DNA of 64,000 bases, from positions 1-64,000 of the IMG/VR virus record IMGVR_UViG_2974626280_000001. One strand, 5' to 3'. Shown here one piece after another: positions 53,122 through 61,975 of the stretch (positions are counted from its first letter, which is position 1; every line of letters starts with the position of its first letter). The notes beneath the pieces were generated by a model. That model had not been told where the DNA came from. It saw nothing but the letters and a program-made list of their open reading frames with translations, and made no database searches. Position numbers and translations under genes: made by a program. Source of the stretch: a virus. Taxonomy: Duplodnaviria; Caudoviricetes.

Positions 53122-53534
53122 TTGAAGTCCACAATGTCGTATTCAGAAGTCAGGCCGCAAGTATAGATTTTCGACCCATATTTAGTCACTACCTGGGAAC
53201 CGTCGCCAAGAACGATTACCAATAATTCTGCGCTCTTGCGCGTCTCAGGATGGAAGAAGGCATCACGATTCCCTTCCAACTTAATTGGCGCGGCGTCTTC
53301 GATTACAATTTGCTGGCCGGACGGTAAGATGACCCGGAAATCAGCGCCACCGTAGCCAGCAGGCGTGGCCGCAAGCGTCATCTGGTGGTTAAGGTCGGCA
53401 CTGGCACAGGCGTAGTCCCAGCTCTTGTTTACGGCGCGTACCTGGGCGTCAGCGCCCGGTGCGAAGAAGCCGAAGAGGAAAGCGGCCAGAAGCAGCAGTC
53501 CATACCAACGTTCGCCTTTAAGTAAGTTTTTCAT
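53118..53534 (-). CDS. Hypothetical exported protein
   Basis: 138 aa; signal peptide and Cys pair; own promoter. Confidence 0.75.
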   Translation of the reverse strand: MKNLLKGERWYGLLLLAAFLFGFFAPGADAQVRAVNKSWDYACASADLNHQMTLAATPAGYGGADFRVILPSGQQIVIEDAAPIKLEGNRDAFFHPETRKSAELLVIVLGDGSQVVTKYGSKIYTCGLTSEYDIVDFK

Positions 53535-53562
53535 CTTACACCTCCGATTAGTTGTTAAAGTG

Positions 53563-53591
53563 ATTATCGCTCATCCTTGAGCAGAAAGCAA
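53563..53591 (-). promoter_or_regulatory. Promoter with palindromic spacer
   Basis: TTGCTT-N17-GATAAT; GCTCA-AGGA-TGAGC inverted repeat in the spacer. Confidence 0.75.
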
Positions 53592-53598
53592 GTTTATT

Positions 53599-53976
53599 TT
53601 ACCACTCTTCACGACCGGTGACGATGCACGGAATAAGCTTGCTACCATCGACGACGATAGACGCAGTATTGTTGCGCATATCCTTCTTGGTGATTCCGAT
53701 GCTTACTACATGGTTGCCGTTGAAAGCGCTCTGCATGACGTAAACTTCACCGTCAGCATTAATGCCACGGCGCGTTCCGCCATTGGTTGGGTAGTTAACG
53801 CCGTTGTAATCGATAGCGTTTAAGATACCCTGCGGAGTGCGCGATTGCGAGTACAGGAGAGGTTTGCCGCCGCAAATCATACGGAAGTAAACAGCGCTTG
53901 ACTCAGCATGAACGGCTACGGGGCAAAGGGTTGAGGCGGCGACGATAGCGGCTGCTGCAATAATAAAACGTTTCAT
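53599..53976 (-). CDS. Hypothetical exported protein
   Basis: Start MKRFIIAAAA; signal peptide; Cys pair. Confidence 0.75.
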   Translation of the reverse strand: MKRFIIAAAAIVAASTLCPVAVHAESSAVYFRMICGGKPLLYSQSRTPQGILNAIDYNGVNYPTNGGTRRGINADGEVYVMQSAFNGNHVVSIGITKKDMRNNTASIVVDGSKLIPCIVTGREEW

Positions 53977-54012
53977 TTTTAATTCCTTCAATTGTTTTGT
54001 TTCGATAGAATG

Positions 54013-54041
54013 ATTATCGCTCATCCTTGAGCGTACGTCAA
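54013..54041 (-). promoter_or_regulatory. Promoter with palindromic spacer
   Basis: TTGACG-N17-GATAAT; 22 bp identical to 53561-53582. Confidence 0.8.
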
Positions 54042-54047
54042 GCACTT

Positions 54048-55010
54048 TTATTTAAAATTTTTGAGACGTTGATAATTAGTCGCGTGGATAAGGTTATCGA
54101 CCTTTAAAACGTCGTCGGCTACGTCGTCCAGTAACAGGTTTCGCCATGTAGCGAAGCGACCGATAGAGAAGACGCGGAATTGAGACGTCAACTCATAGAG
54201 TACCGCCTGTCGCAAGTCCTGCGGCATGTCGACAATCTTACCATAGCGCTGATCAACGACTTCGGCAGACGCGATGTCGACCTGAGTTGGGTGCAGACCG
54301 AACTTGCCAGCTATGTACGCCAGCTCGATATCCGTATCCATATAACTGCCGCCGTTCTCTATCATTTCGACAATCATAGTGTCGCCAGTGATAGAGGCGC
54401 GATAGGTCTTAAGGTCTTCGGCAGGGAAATAGATTGTTTGGTAAATGTCGCATGGAACATTCACCTTGAAGCGGTGAACGCTGATGCTCTGACGGGCGAA
54501 CGCGAAAGGGATTTGCTCATCGTGTTCGAGGTTGGTAATCTTCATCATCACCTGCATAGGGATAGTGCTGATGATTGAAGGGCGGTTATCGAGGTTGAAA
54601 TTGAAAGCCTCATCAATCGGAGTCTCAAATAAGATTCGGTCCTCACCAACCTCTTCAATGAGTCGGTCATAGAAGTCGTCAGGCGCAATGTAGCGCGTCG
54701 CCGTCTCCAGCTTCATGATGCTGCGGCCAGAGAGCTGCCCTGTTACCTTCAGCGAGTACATGTTGGCAAGGTTGAGCGGGCAAGTGCCCTGATGCATCTG
54801 GTTGCCGTAAACAACGGCCTTATCCACGCGTACGGCGCGGAAAGGAATTCCGGTCAGCTTTGATACCTCTTCGCCGCGAAAACGCAGGAGAGCGCGGTGC
54901 TGTGGCATTCTTGGGCCTGCTTCATACACGGGCGCTTTCTTGAAGTGGCAAGCGGTGATAAGGCCAGCAAGTCCTGCCCCGGCGATTACGATTGATTTGG
55001 TCAGGTTCAT
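54048..55010 (-). CDS. FAD-dependent oxidoreductase, UDP-galactopyranose-mutase/amine-oxidase-like
   Basis: N-terminal GAGLAG...VYE dinucleotide fold; C-terminal SIGRFATWR motif. Confidence 0.7.
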   Translation of the reverse strand: MNLTKSIVIAGAGLAGLITACHFKKAPVYEAGPRMPQHRALLRFRGEEVSKLTGIPFRAVRVDKAVVYGNQMHQGTCPLNLANMYSLKVTGQLSGRSIMKLETATRYIAPDDFYDRLIEEVGEDRILFETPIDEAFNFNLDNRPSIISTIPMQVMMKITNLEHDEQIPFAFARQSISVHRFKVNVPCDIYQTIYFPAEDLKTYRASITGDTMIVEMIENGGSYMDTDIELAYIAGKFGLHPTQVDIASAEVVDQRYGKIVDMPQDLRQAVLYELTSQFRVFSIGRFATWRNLLLDDVADDVLKVDNLIHATNYQRLKNFK

Positions 55011-55098
55011 TAGTATTTCCTAAATAATGAGGGTAGTCACAGCCATTATAATCCATTGCCGCAACTTTGGGAATAGGATGGTGAACTTTATGTGGACG

Positions 55099-55123
55099 AA
55101 AAAAGGCCCGGATTTACCGGGCC
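55099..55123 (-). terminator. Intrinsic terminator
   Basis: GGCCCGG-N5-CCGGGCC plus U6. Confidence 0.75.
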
Positions 55124-55152
55124 AATACTTACCTCAGTGAAACTTTGACTGA

Positions 55153-56040
55153 TCAGTCGTTATCGAAGCGCTGAACGGATTCGTCATCTTCAAAAGTGTC
55201 GGCGTCACCGTCTTCAACTTCTGGCTGCCCGGTCTGATCAACGGTGTGGAACACCAGGTGACCCATCTCTTCCAGCTTGCTCAGGTAAGAGCGGACGCTT
55301 GCGCCGTACAGCAGGCCTTTCACTTCTTCGCCGAACTCGTCGATGTTGATCAGTGTGCCATCGCTGTATTTTTCACGAATCACCGCCAGCACTTTGCCGC
55401 GCGTTGAGTGCTCCTGCGGGTTCGACAGACCTTCGCCGGTATACTGGAAGTGGGTCGATTTGGTACGGCGGCCACCTTCAGCTTTCTTAGCAGCTTTACG
55501 CTCTTCCAGGATGGCACGGCGCTCTTCGGCTTCCTGCTTACGCGCAGCCTTATCGGCTTCGGCCTGCTGACGTTTCGCTTCACGCTCAGCATCACGCTCA
55601 GCTTTGCGGTCCGCTTTAGCCTGATCACGTTCAGCCTTTTTAGCAGCTTTCGCTTCTTCACGCGCCTTAGCACGCTCTTCAGCCTGCTCAGCTTTAGCAG
55701 CTTCGCGCTCAGCTTTCTTGGCTTCTTTCTCTTCTTCACGCTGCTTAGCGCGTTCAGCTTTAGCGGCTTCACGCTCTTCAGCTTTAGCAGCTGCTTTAGC
55801 TTCGCGCTCTTTGGCTTTCTCTTCAGCCTGAGCTGCGCGCTTCTCTTCCTTCTCCTGCGCCTTAGCAGCGCGGGCATCGGCCTGTTCCTGACGCTTGGCT
55901 TCGCGCTTGGCTTCAGCTTCTTTACGCGCTGCTTCACGCGCTTCAGCCTTTTCCTGGCGCTCTGCTTCACGCTTAGCGCGGCGCTCCGCTGCTTCAGCGG
56001 CTTTCTGTTCTTTCGATTTAACCTGGATTGGTTCGCTCAT
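55153..56040 (-). CDS. Charged single-alpha-helix protein with a C-terminal winged-helix-like domain
   Basis: About 175 aa of A/E/K/R repeats, then STRGKVLAVIREK...SVRSYLSKLEEMGHL. Confidence 0.75.
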   Translation of the reverse strand: MSEPIQVKSKEQKAAEAAERRAKREAERQEKAEAREAARKEAEAKREAKRQEQADARAAKAQEKEEKRAAQAEEKAKEREAKAAAKAEEREAAKAERAKQREEEKEAKKAEREAAKAEQAEERAKAREEAKAAKKAERDQAKADRKAERDAEREAKRQQAEADKAARKQEAEERRAILEERKAAKKAEGGRRTKSTHFQYTGEGLSNPQEHSTRGKVLAVIREKYSDGTLINIDEFGEEVKGLLYGASVRSYLSKLEEMGHLVFHTVDQTGQPEVEDGDADTFEDDESVQRFDND

Positions 56041-56198
56041 GGTAGTGTCCTTAGTAGGTAGATTATATTTTAATTTACTGCTTTCGTTTAAAGTAAATTG
56101 ATTATCTATTGCCTGCGTGATTAAAGCAACGGAATAATCCTATTAATACTGCACTTTAATTCGCCACAATTTTAAAGTGAATTATTCCGTAAATTATT

Positions 56199-57347
56199 CT
56201 ATGAGCGGAACACCCAAAGACGCTTAGCGGCACGTGTAACTGCCGTGTACATCATCTTAGCGTATGGGACGCCGCGCAACATCTCCTCAATGACGATTAC
56301 ATTATCCCACTCAGAGCCTTGTGACTTGTGTATGGTAATGCAATAGCCGTAATCAAATCCACCGACATTACGTTGGGCCGCGCGTTGATCCAGCTCGTCT
56401 TCGTATATAAAGCAGTCAGGATTGAGCTTGCACTTAATCTCTTTGCCCGTCGTCAACGATGTTCCGATTACGTACAGCATCCCTGGCATTTCGTACTCGT
56501 CCAGCTCCATGTCAGGCACGTCTTCATACGACTTGACGATAAGCTGTTCACCGTTCATGAAGCCCGCGCCGTGCTGGTTAAAGGTGCAGACTATCTTTTC
56601 ACCTGGAGAGGGGATAGGGTTGCAATGGCCAGCAACGTCGCGCATCAGCTTGTTATAGAATACGCGCGTCGTATTAAAGGAGCAGATAACCTGAGAGTCA
56701 GGACCCATGTGCGCCTTTAGGAAAGTAGAGCGCGGCTTGGCGTCGCTTACCACGACGTCGTCGTATTCACGGACGGGCAGCCGATTACCCTGACGGACAA
56801 AGAAACTGGCGCGAATAATGTTAGATTCTTTACTTTGTCGCATTATCTGCTGAAGCTCTGTATCAGGGTGAATGAAGTAAGGCGCGGCCTTGACTGGAGG
56901 AATCTGCCCGGTGTCGAGGAGAACCAGCACAGGGATGCGGTGAGAAAGAAGCCTTTCTGCGTCCCACTCTCCGACCATCGACCCCTCATCCAGAACGACC
57001 ATCTGCGGCTTTTCTAGCAGAGTGTCCTTTCGGAAAAACATCGGGTTTCCTTCTTCATCTTCGCCGCGCACGTTGTAGATGAATTGGTGCAGGGTCTTCG
57101 CGCCGGGGAATCCTTTTTGCTTAAGACGCGCGGCTGCTTTCCCGGTTGGCGCGATTGCCAGCGCTCCGTACTCGCCAACGCATTGGGTGGCTATCTCCTT
57201 AGCGACCGACGTCTTGCCAGTTCCCGCGAAGCCTGCCAGCGCGAAATAGGGCTTGCGGGTCTTACCATCCTGATAGCGCCGATACCAGTCTACGGCCATA
57301 CGGATGGCTTCTTTTTGTTCCGGGTTAAACTCGAAGTTGTTCGACAT
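56199..57347 (-). CDS. RecD/Dda-like SF1B helicase
   Basis: GFAGTGKT, DEGSMV, TIHKSQGSEW and YTAVTRA motifs. Confidence 0.9.
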   Translation of the reverse strand: MSNNFEFNPEQKEAIRMAVDWYRRYQDGKTRKPYFALAGFAGTGKTSVAKEIATQCVGEYGALAIAPTGKAAARLKQKGFPGAKTLHQFIYNVRGEDEEGNPMFFRKDTLLEKPQMVVLDEGSMVGEWDAERLLSHRIPVLVLLDTGQIPPVKAAPYFIHPDTELQQIMRQSKESNIIRASFFVRQGNRLPVREYDDVVVSDAKPRSTFLKAHMGPDSQVICSFNTTRVFYNKLMRDVAGHCNPIPSPGEKIVCTFNQHGAGFMNGEQLIVKSYEDVPDMELDEYEMPGMLYVIGTSLTTGKEIKCKLNPDCFIYEDELDQRAAQRNVGGFDYGYCITIHKSQGSEWDNVIVIEEMLRGVPYAKMMYTAVTRAAKRLWVFRS

Positions 57348-57676
57348 TATAATTCAGCGACCTCGTTAAGTTGTAAGAAGGCATAGTGCATTAGGCCGCA
57401 ACCACAGTTATCAACAAACTGTTCTCCTGTTAGTTTATCGAACTTTATTGACGTACCTGGTATGTGCCAATAGTTCTCAGACTCCACCAGCCAAGTCTGA
57501 TGAGCGCTGACCTGGTTACTTGGATTAAGCGGAGAAGTGAAGATAAACAGCAAGCGACCTGTCACCCTCATTTGGACGGGCTTTCGTACAAGTTCCGTAT
57601 GGTTATAGTTGTGCACAATTCCGATGTGCGTTGCTTCGTTCATAGACATCTTCTTTATATCATGTTCTTTATTCAT
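57347..57676 (-). CDS. Hypothetical protein
   Basis: 109 aa; stop codon overlaps the helicase start. Confidence 0.6.
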   Translation of the reverse strand: MNKEHDIKKMSMNEATHIGIVHNYNHTELVRKPVQMRVTGRLLFIFTSPLNPSNQVSAHQTWLVESENYWHIPGTSIKFDKLTGEQFVDNCGCGLMHYAFLQLNEVAEL

Positions 57677-57757
57677 TTTCAGGCGACCATAGTTAGTGCG
57701 GAAAAGGTAGCGATAGTATATATTCGAATCTCACAATAAAGCAAAGGAAGTTTAATC

Positions 57758-57964
57758 ATGGGCAAGAAGAAAGTTAAAGTTATGTTTGATGGTAAGCTGT
57801 TAAAGGGTCACGCAGGCCACGATCAAGTTGAGAAGGCAAAGAACATGCGCACCTCAACGCTCGCTCAATATATCCGCTTCGGCATCGTGCAGTCAGCCGA
57901 TAACGCGCTAGTGCAGCGTAAAATCGAAGAATTCAAAATCCGTCAAAATAATTCTAAAAAGTGA
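57758..57964 (+). CDS. Hypothetical basic protein
   Basis: 68 aa; AAGGA RBS. Confidence 0.7.
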   Translation: MGKKKVKVMFDGKLLKGHAGHDQVEKAKNMRTSTLAQYIRFGIVQSADNALVQRKIEEFKIRQNNSKK

Positions 57965-58029
57965 CTTTACTTTGACGCATGGACGCGTTATAGTGAATCT
58001 ATCAACTACTGACTCACAAGGAGAGTCAA

Positions 58030-58353
58030 ATGAGCGATCAATCAAGAGCAGGACTAGTTCGTCATGAGGGCGGCTGGAATGGTGGACGCTTCGTGCCGGA
58101 GCTAAAAGATGGCGACCAGGTTTTCATCTACGTCTTCGGAGAGCACTGTGACACCGAGATTAAAGCGAAGTTGCGCAGGGTAGAGATACACGGCAAAGAC
58201 TTTGATCATGGTCACGAATACGCCTGGACCAACGAAGATTTCATGGTCGAGGTTGAAGGCGACTTATTCAACCGCCAAACCTCACTCATTGGCCTATTGC
58301 GTAATCCAGTACAATCCAACGTCAAATTTGTTATTCTGGACAATAATCCATGA
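58030..58353 (+). CDS. Hypothetical protein
   Basis: 107 aa; AGGAG RBS; promoter TTTACT-N17-TATAGT. Confidence 0.75.
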   Translation: MSDQSRAGLVRHEGGWNGGRFVPELKDGDQVFIYVFGEHCDTEIKAKLRRVEIHGKDFDHGHEYAWTNEDFMVEVEGDLFNRQTSLIGLLRNPVQSNVKFVILDNNP

Positions 58354-59426
58354 GCCTACGCGAAGAAGCCGAAAAGGCAGAGAAATTCCTAAGCGAACTC
58401 ACCAAGTTCATCCCTGAAGACCAGCGCGCCATGGTCGTGTACGCTGATGAAGCGACCGTGCAGTTTGACGCGAACGGTAAGAAGATTAACAGCGTCTTCT
58501 GGCCTAAGCCGTGGAAGTTGGGCAAGCCGATTATGCAACAGCAAAACTGCTACGTCTGTATCTCTTCCATGGAGAAGACGCCTAACCCAAAAACGGGTGA
58601 GATGCGTTTCTGGCGTACTGAGTCAGCATTCGGTTGCGGCATGGCAATGATGGTCGATGACATCGGAACGGGTAAAGGCTCCAAAGGTGAACTACCGCTG
58701 GAATCCTTTTACAACCGACTGCCGCCGACTGTCACCGTTGAAACGTCGCCGGACAACTACCAATTATGGTATTTCTTTACTGAGCCTTGCTACAACCTGC
58801 TTGAATTCAAAGCGTACCTGGCATCATTCGTTGCGCAGATACTCCAGAAGGGCGGCGATAACACCATCAAGGACGTCACGCGCGTTGGCCGTATGCCATG
58901 CGGAGTCAACAACAAGCGTAACTCCGATAATACCTACAAGTACGTGGGCGACGATGGCAAGCTGTGGCGCGTACGCATCCACGATGCGGATTATAGCCGT
59001 CGCTACTCTATGGAGGAGATTCGGCAGGCGTTCGGCTTTACCATGGTGCTGCCGCAAAAGCGCGAAATCGAGATTGACGAGGAGCAATATAAGCTTGATG
59101 CGGTATGGCTTAAGATTGCTCAGCGCGTAATGACGCAGGCTAAGATGGGAGAGGGCGCTGGCGGTGAAGCGGTCGAGAATATGTCTGGTAAGATTCGTTG
59201 TAAGTGCCCATGGGGTCATGAGCATTCGAACGGCGACCCTTACGGCGCATACTTCCGTGGGCCTATCGCAGGCGCTGAACATGAATTCGTTTTCGGTTGC
59301 GCGCACGACTGCCACCGTAAAGGCGAAGGCAAGAAGGGCTGGACGGCATTTGTTGAAGAAGTCGTGATGCCGTATATCGAAAATAATCTGGATGCGATTA
59401 ATCGCAAAGCGAGCGGATTCAAATGA
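58350..59426 (+). CDS. RepB-like (AEP superfamily) DNA primase
   Basis: VDDIG and VETSPDNYQLWY motifs, RVGRMPCGVN, C-terminal CPW.HEH...CAHDCH. Confidence 0.8.
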   Translation: MSLREEAEKAEKFLSELTKFIPEDQRAMVVYADEATVQFDANGKKINSVFWPKPWKLGKPIMQQQNCYVCISSMEKTPNPKTGEMRFWRTESAFGCGMAMMVDDIGTGKGSKGELPLESFYNRLPPTVTVETSPDNYQLWYFFTEPCYNLLEFKAYLASFVAQILQKGGDNTIKDVTRVGRMPCGVNNKRNSDNTYKYVGDDGKLWRVRIHDADYSRRYSMEEIRQAFGFTMVLPQKREIEIDEEQYKLDAVWLKIAQRVMTQAKMGEGAGGEAVENMSGKIRCKCPWGHEHSNGDPYGAYFRGPIAGAEHEFVFGCAHDCHRKGEGKKGWTAFVEEVVMPYIENNLDAINRKASGFK

Positions 59427-59956
59427 GCAAAGATATCAGCGTTTTCAGAGACAGAATCGTATCAGCGCTTTTCGACTGGCGCAAGGGCTACGACAAGGCA
59501 ACTGAAGAGCACATCCTTCAGGCCAGCAACCAGTTTGGCCACTTCATGATTCTTTGGCGCGATGGCCTCGAAGAATACACCGTCGTCTTTAATAACGACA
59601 TCACTGGCGGCGACACTCTCGACTCTCTGGAAGAGGCAAAAGAATTCGCGCTGGCGACCGTGCGCGGAGTCCTTGTGCGTGACCTTATGATGCTTTCCAT
59701 CCTGGGCGTTCATGAGGGTGAAGAGGCCGCGAAAGGTAAGTGGAATACAAAGCAGCTTAAATCATTCGTCGCTGACCAGCACCTGAATGCGTACAACCCT
59801 TTCAAGGAAGAGCAGCTGGAAGACTTCGTATCATATATTGAAGACGGCGAGTCATACAACGGTCACTGCGACTGCGAAAGCTGCCAGGATTTATTCAGCA
59901 GCGGCGAAGAAGAAAGCGCCGTTGAAGAAGACACTGCACCTCGCGTGCTCCACTAA
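59423..59956 (+). CDS. Hypothetical protein with HCDCESC motif
   Basis: 177 aa; 4-bp overlap with the primase. Confidence 0.7.
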   Translation: MSKDISVFRDRIVSALFDWRKGYDKATEEHILQASNQFGHFMILWRDGLEEYTVVFNNDITGGDTLDSLEEAKEFALATVRGVLVRDLMMLSILGVHEGEEAAKGKWNTKQLKSFVADQHLNAYNPFKEEQLEDFVSYIEDGESYNGHCDCESCQDLFSSGEEESAVEEDTAPRVLH

Positions 59957-59967
59957 TAGGTATCGCC

Positions 59968-60384
59968 ATGAAACAAAATAAAGTTTTAATCAGTGTTACG
60001 TTATACGAAACGCCTGAGCGCCACACGCACGACTCCGGTGCCGTCACCGTCCAACAGGATTTCGAGTTGCCTGTTGCCGCGCCCGGTGATGCAGGCTTCG
60101 GTCAGATTTCGACTGCCCTGCGTGGCTTTGAGCGCCACCTCTTTAAGCAGCTGGAGCAGCTTGGGGTCATCGCTGTTGAGTCCGATAAGGTCGCGCAGGA
60201 AGTGACTAAGGAAGTCGCCAGCGCTATCGACCCTGACCCACAGAGTGTGATCACTTGCCCTAAGTGCCGTGGACAGGGATGGGTTCATTCCGAACCGCCT
60301 TTGTCGACCGATTCATTCGGCAACATTGAATGGAGCAAGGTTGAGTGCGACAATTGCGGCGGCTTCGGCAAGGTCGGCGTATGA
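59968..60384 (+). CDS. Hypothetical protein with DnaJ-type zinc finger
   Basis: CPKCRGQG...CDNCGGFG. Confidence 0.7.
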   Translation: MKQNKVLISVTLYETPERHTHDSGAVTVQQDFELPVAAPGDAGFGQISTALRGFERHLFKQLEQLGVIAVESDKVAQEVTKEVASAIDPDPQSVITCPKCRGQGWVHSEPPLSTDSFGNIEWSKVECDNCGGFGKVGV

Positions 60385-60605
60385 AAAAGAAAAAGACGTA
60401 CATGAGCGCTGACGAGCTTGTCCGTGATTTAGGCGACGGCAAGCGCTTTGAACTCGCAAGCGTGCTGCACGAATTTCGATCAGAATCGTACAGCGCATTT
60501 GAATTAAAAGAGTCGATTTCACGTGCGATTGGCGTTAAACTAACTACCAGTTGCGCAAACGACTTGCGCCACAAATACAACAAGATTTATAAGGGGAAGC
60601 AATGA
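60381..60605 (+). CDS. Hypothetical basic protein
   Basis: Start MKKKKT; ATGA overlap. Confidence 0.65.
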   Translation: MKKKKTYMSADELVRDLGDGKRFELASVLHEFRSESYSAFELKESISRAIGVKLTTSCANDLRHKYNKIYKGKQ

Positions 60606-60904
60606 AGAATTTAGAGCGTCAAATGCTGGAGCATAACCCGGCGCTGCAAGACCAGCTGGTAAACGAGCTTATGGAAACTATCATGCGCCATAAGTACAAC
60701 ATCAACGTGGCTGACGTCCACACGGCCCTGCTCCGCGTACAGACTACGGTCTGCGCTCAGAGCGGTACGAACCAGCACAGCGCTGAGTTCGGCTTTGGGA
60801 TGGTCGGTCAAGAGCCTATTCCAACCATCGCGGAGTTCATCTGCTATGATAAAACGCAGGACGTACAAAAACCTGGGGAAGTGCCCAGCGTGTCAGACGA
60901 ATAG
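60602..60904 (+). CDS. Hypothetical protein
   Basis: 100 aa; ATGA overlap. Confidence 0.65.
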   Translation: MKNLERQMLEHNPALQDQLVNELMETIMRHKYNINVADVHTALLRVQTTVCAQSGTNQHSAEFGFGMVGQEPIPTIAEFICYDKTQDVQKPGEVPSVSDE

Positions 60905-61049
60905 CGTATATGTCTATTCAAACGGGCCAACAGGTTACTTCAGCGAAGGTGACGAGTGCATCTGCGAGTACTGCGGGCATGACGGCGAAATGGTCGAAAA
61001 GTACGACCAGAAAGAGCCTTGCTGTGAAATTAAGTGGGAGCCTGTTTAA
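60846..61049 (+). CDS. Small zinc-ribbon protein
   Basis: CPAC...CEYC; start uncertain. Confidence 0.55.
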   Translation: MIKRRTYKNLGKCPACQTNSVYVYSNGPTGYFSEGDECICEYCGHDGEMVEKYDQKEPCCEIKWEPV

Positions 61050-61303
61050 TGGCTAAATTACGCTTTAAGTTGAGAAAAGCCGCGCTGGTAGAGGTTGGCG
61101 ACTTCATCCTGATCAAAGGTGATGATAACAAAGTTCGTCCGGTTAGCGTTTCGAGAAAGTACGCCCGAATCGACACTCTTCGCGGTGAATACCACGTTGT
61201 CGTTGTTCTGGGTTGTAGCGACCAAAGATTGTATGAATCTCTGCACGACTGCACTGTCTGGTCAAGCCAGCCAATATTGCGCGGCAGAGGCTTAGGCTCC
61301 TGA
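61049..61303 (+). CDS. Hypothetical protein
   Basis: Start MAKLRF; TAATG overlap. Confidence 0.65.
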   Translation: MAKLRFKLRKAALVEVGDFILIKGDDNKVRPVSVSRKYARIDTLRGEYHVVVVLGCSDQRLYESLHDCTVWSSQPILRGRGLGS

Positions 61304-61503
61304 TCAACAGTAAAGTTATACCAGGAGAAGGTAAAGAATTATTTATTGTTCGTTGCCTTCTCCTCACTTCAGGCGTTATCATATTCACTACAGACAGCGG
61401 CTTTTGATGTGGAGTACATCTAGCCCGGTTCTGGGTTTTGTTTAACGTCGTTAATCGGAATAATCCGACAAAGTGGCGGTATAACCAAAGTACAGAGGTG
61501 ATT

Positions 61504-61803
61504 ATGAATATTGGCATCTTATATGGTAGAGATATCAATGAAGAATCTGAAGACGCAGAAGTGGCGGCAAGTGTCTATGATGCTGATCAAGTGCTCTTTG
61601 TGGACGAGATTACGCTTGAGACTCTTGCGGGCGTCAAGTCCGAAACAGGTTGCAAGACAGAGACTGTTCTTGTGGTTACTAATGATGATCTGTCTGATAT
61701 GGGTCTGCTCCGCCGCCTGTATGCAGGATGTCTTCAACTTGCATTCGTTCAGTCTGTGAGCAATCTTCGCGCTAACTACCGCGATATGTATCAGATTAAT
61801 TAA
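61504..61803 (+). CDS. Hypothetical acidic protein
   Basis: 99 aa; GAGG RBS. Confidence 0.65.
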   Translation: MNIGILYGRDINEESEDAEVAASVYDADQVLFVDEITLETLAGVKSETGCKTETVLVVTNDDLSDMGLLRRLYAGCLQLAFVQSVSNLRANYRDMYQIN

Positions 61804-61975
61804 CACGCTTCGTATAAAAATTGATTTACTTTTTGTGGTGAATTAATTAATAATACTCAAATGCCAGTAATAACGCTGGCATTTTATTACCTCAGTGTAC
61901 AGGAATAAAAAATGGCTTCATCATTATTCCAAAAAGAATGGGGCGTGTCCAATGTCGATTGAGGAAGGCCACCCA

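Noticed and set aside
55343-56101. Long alternative-frame ORFs (55380-55970, 55408-56061, 55895-56101)
   Set aside because: They are by-products of the repetitive GCT/GAA/AAA codons of the real 55153-56040 gene.
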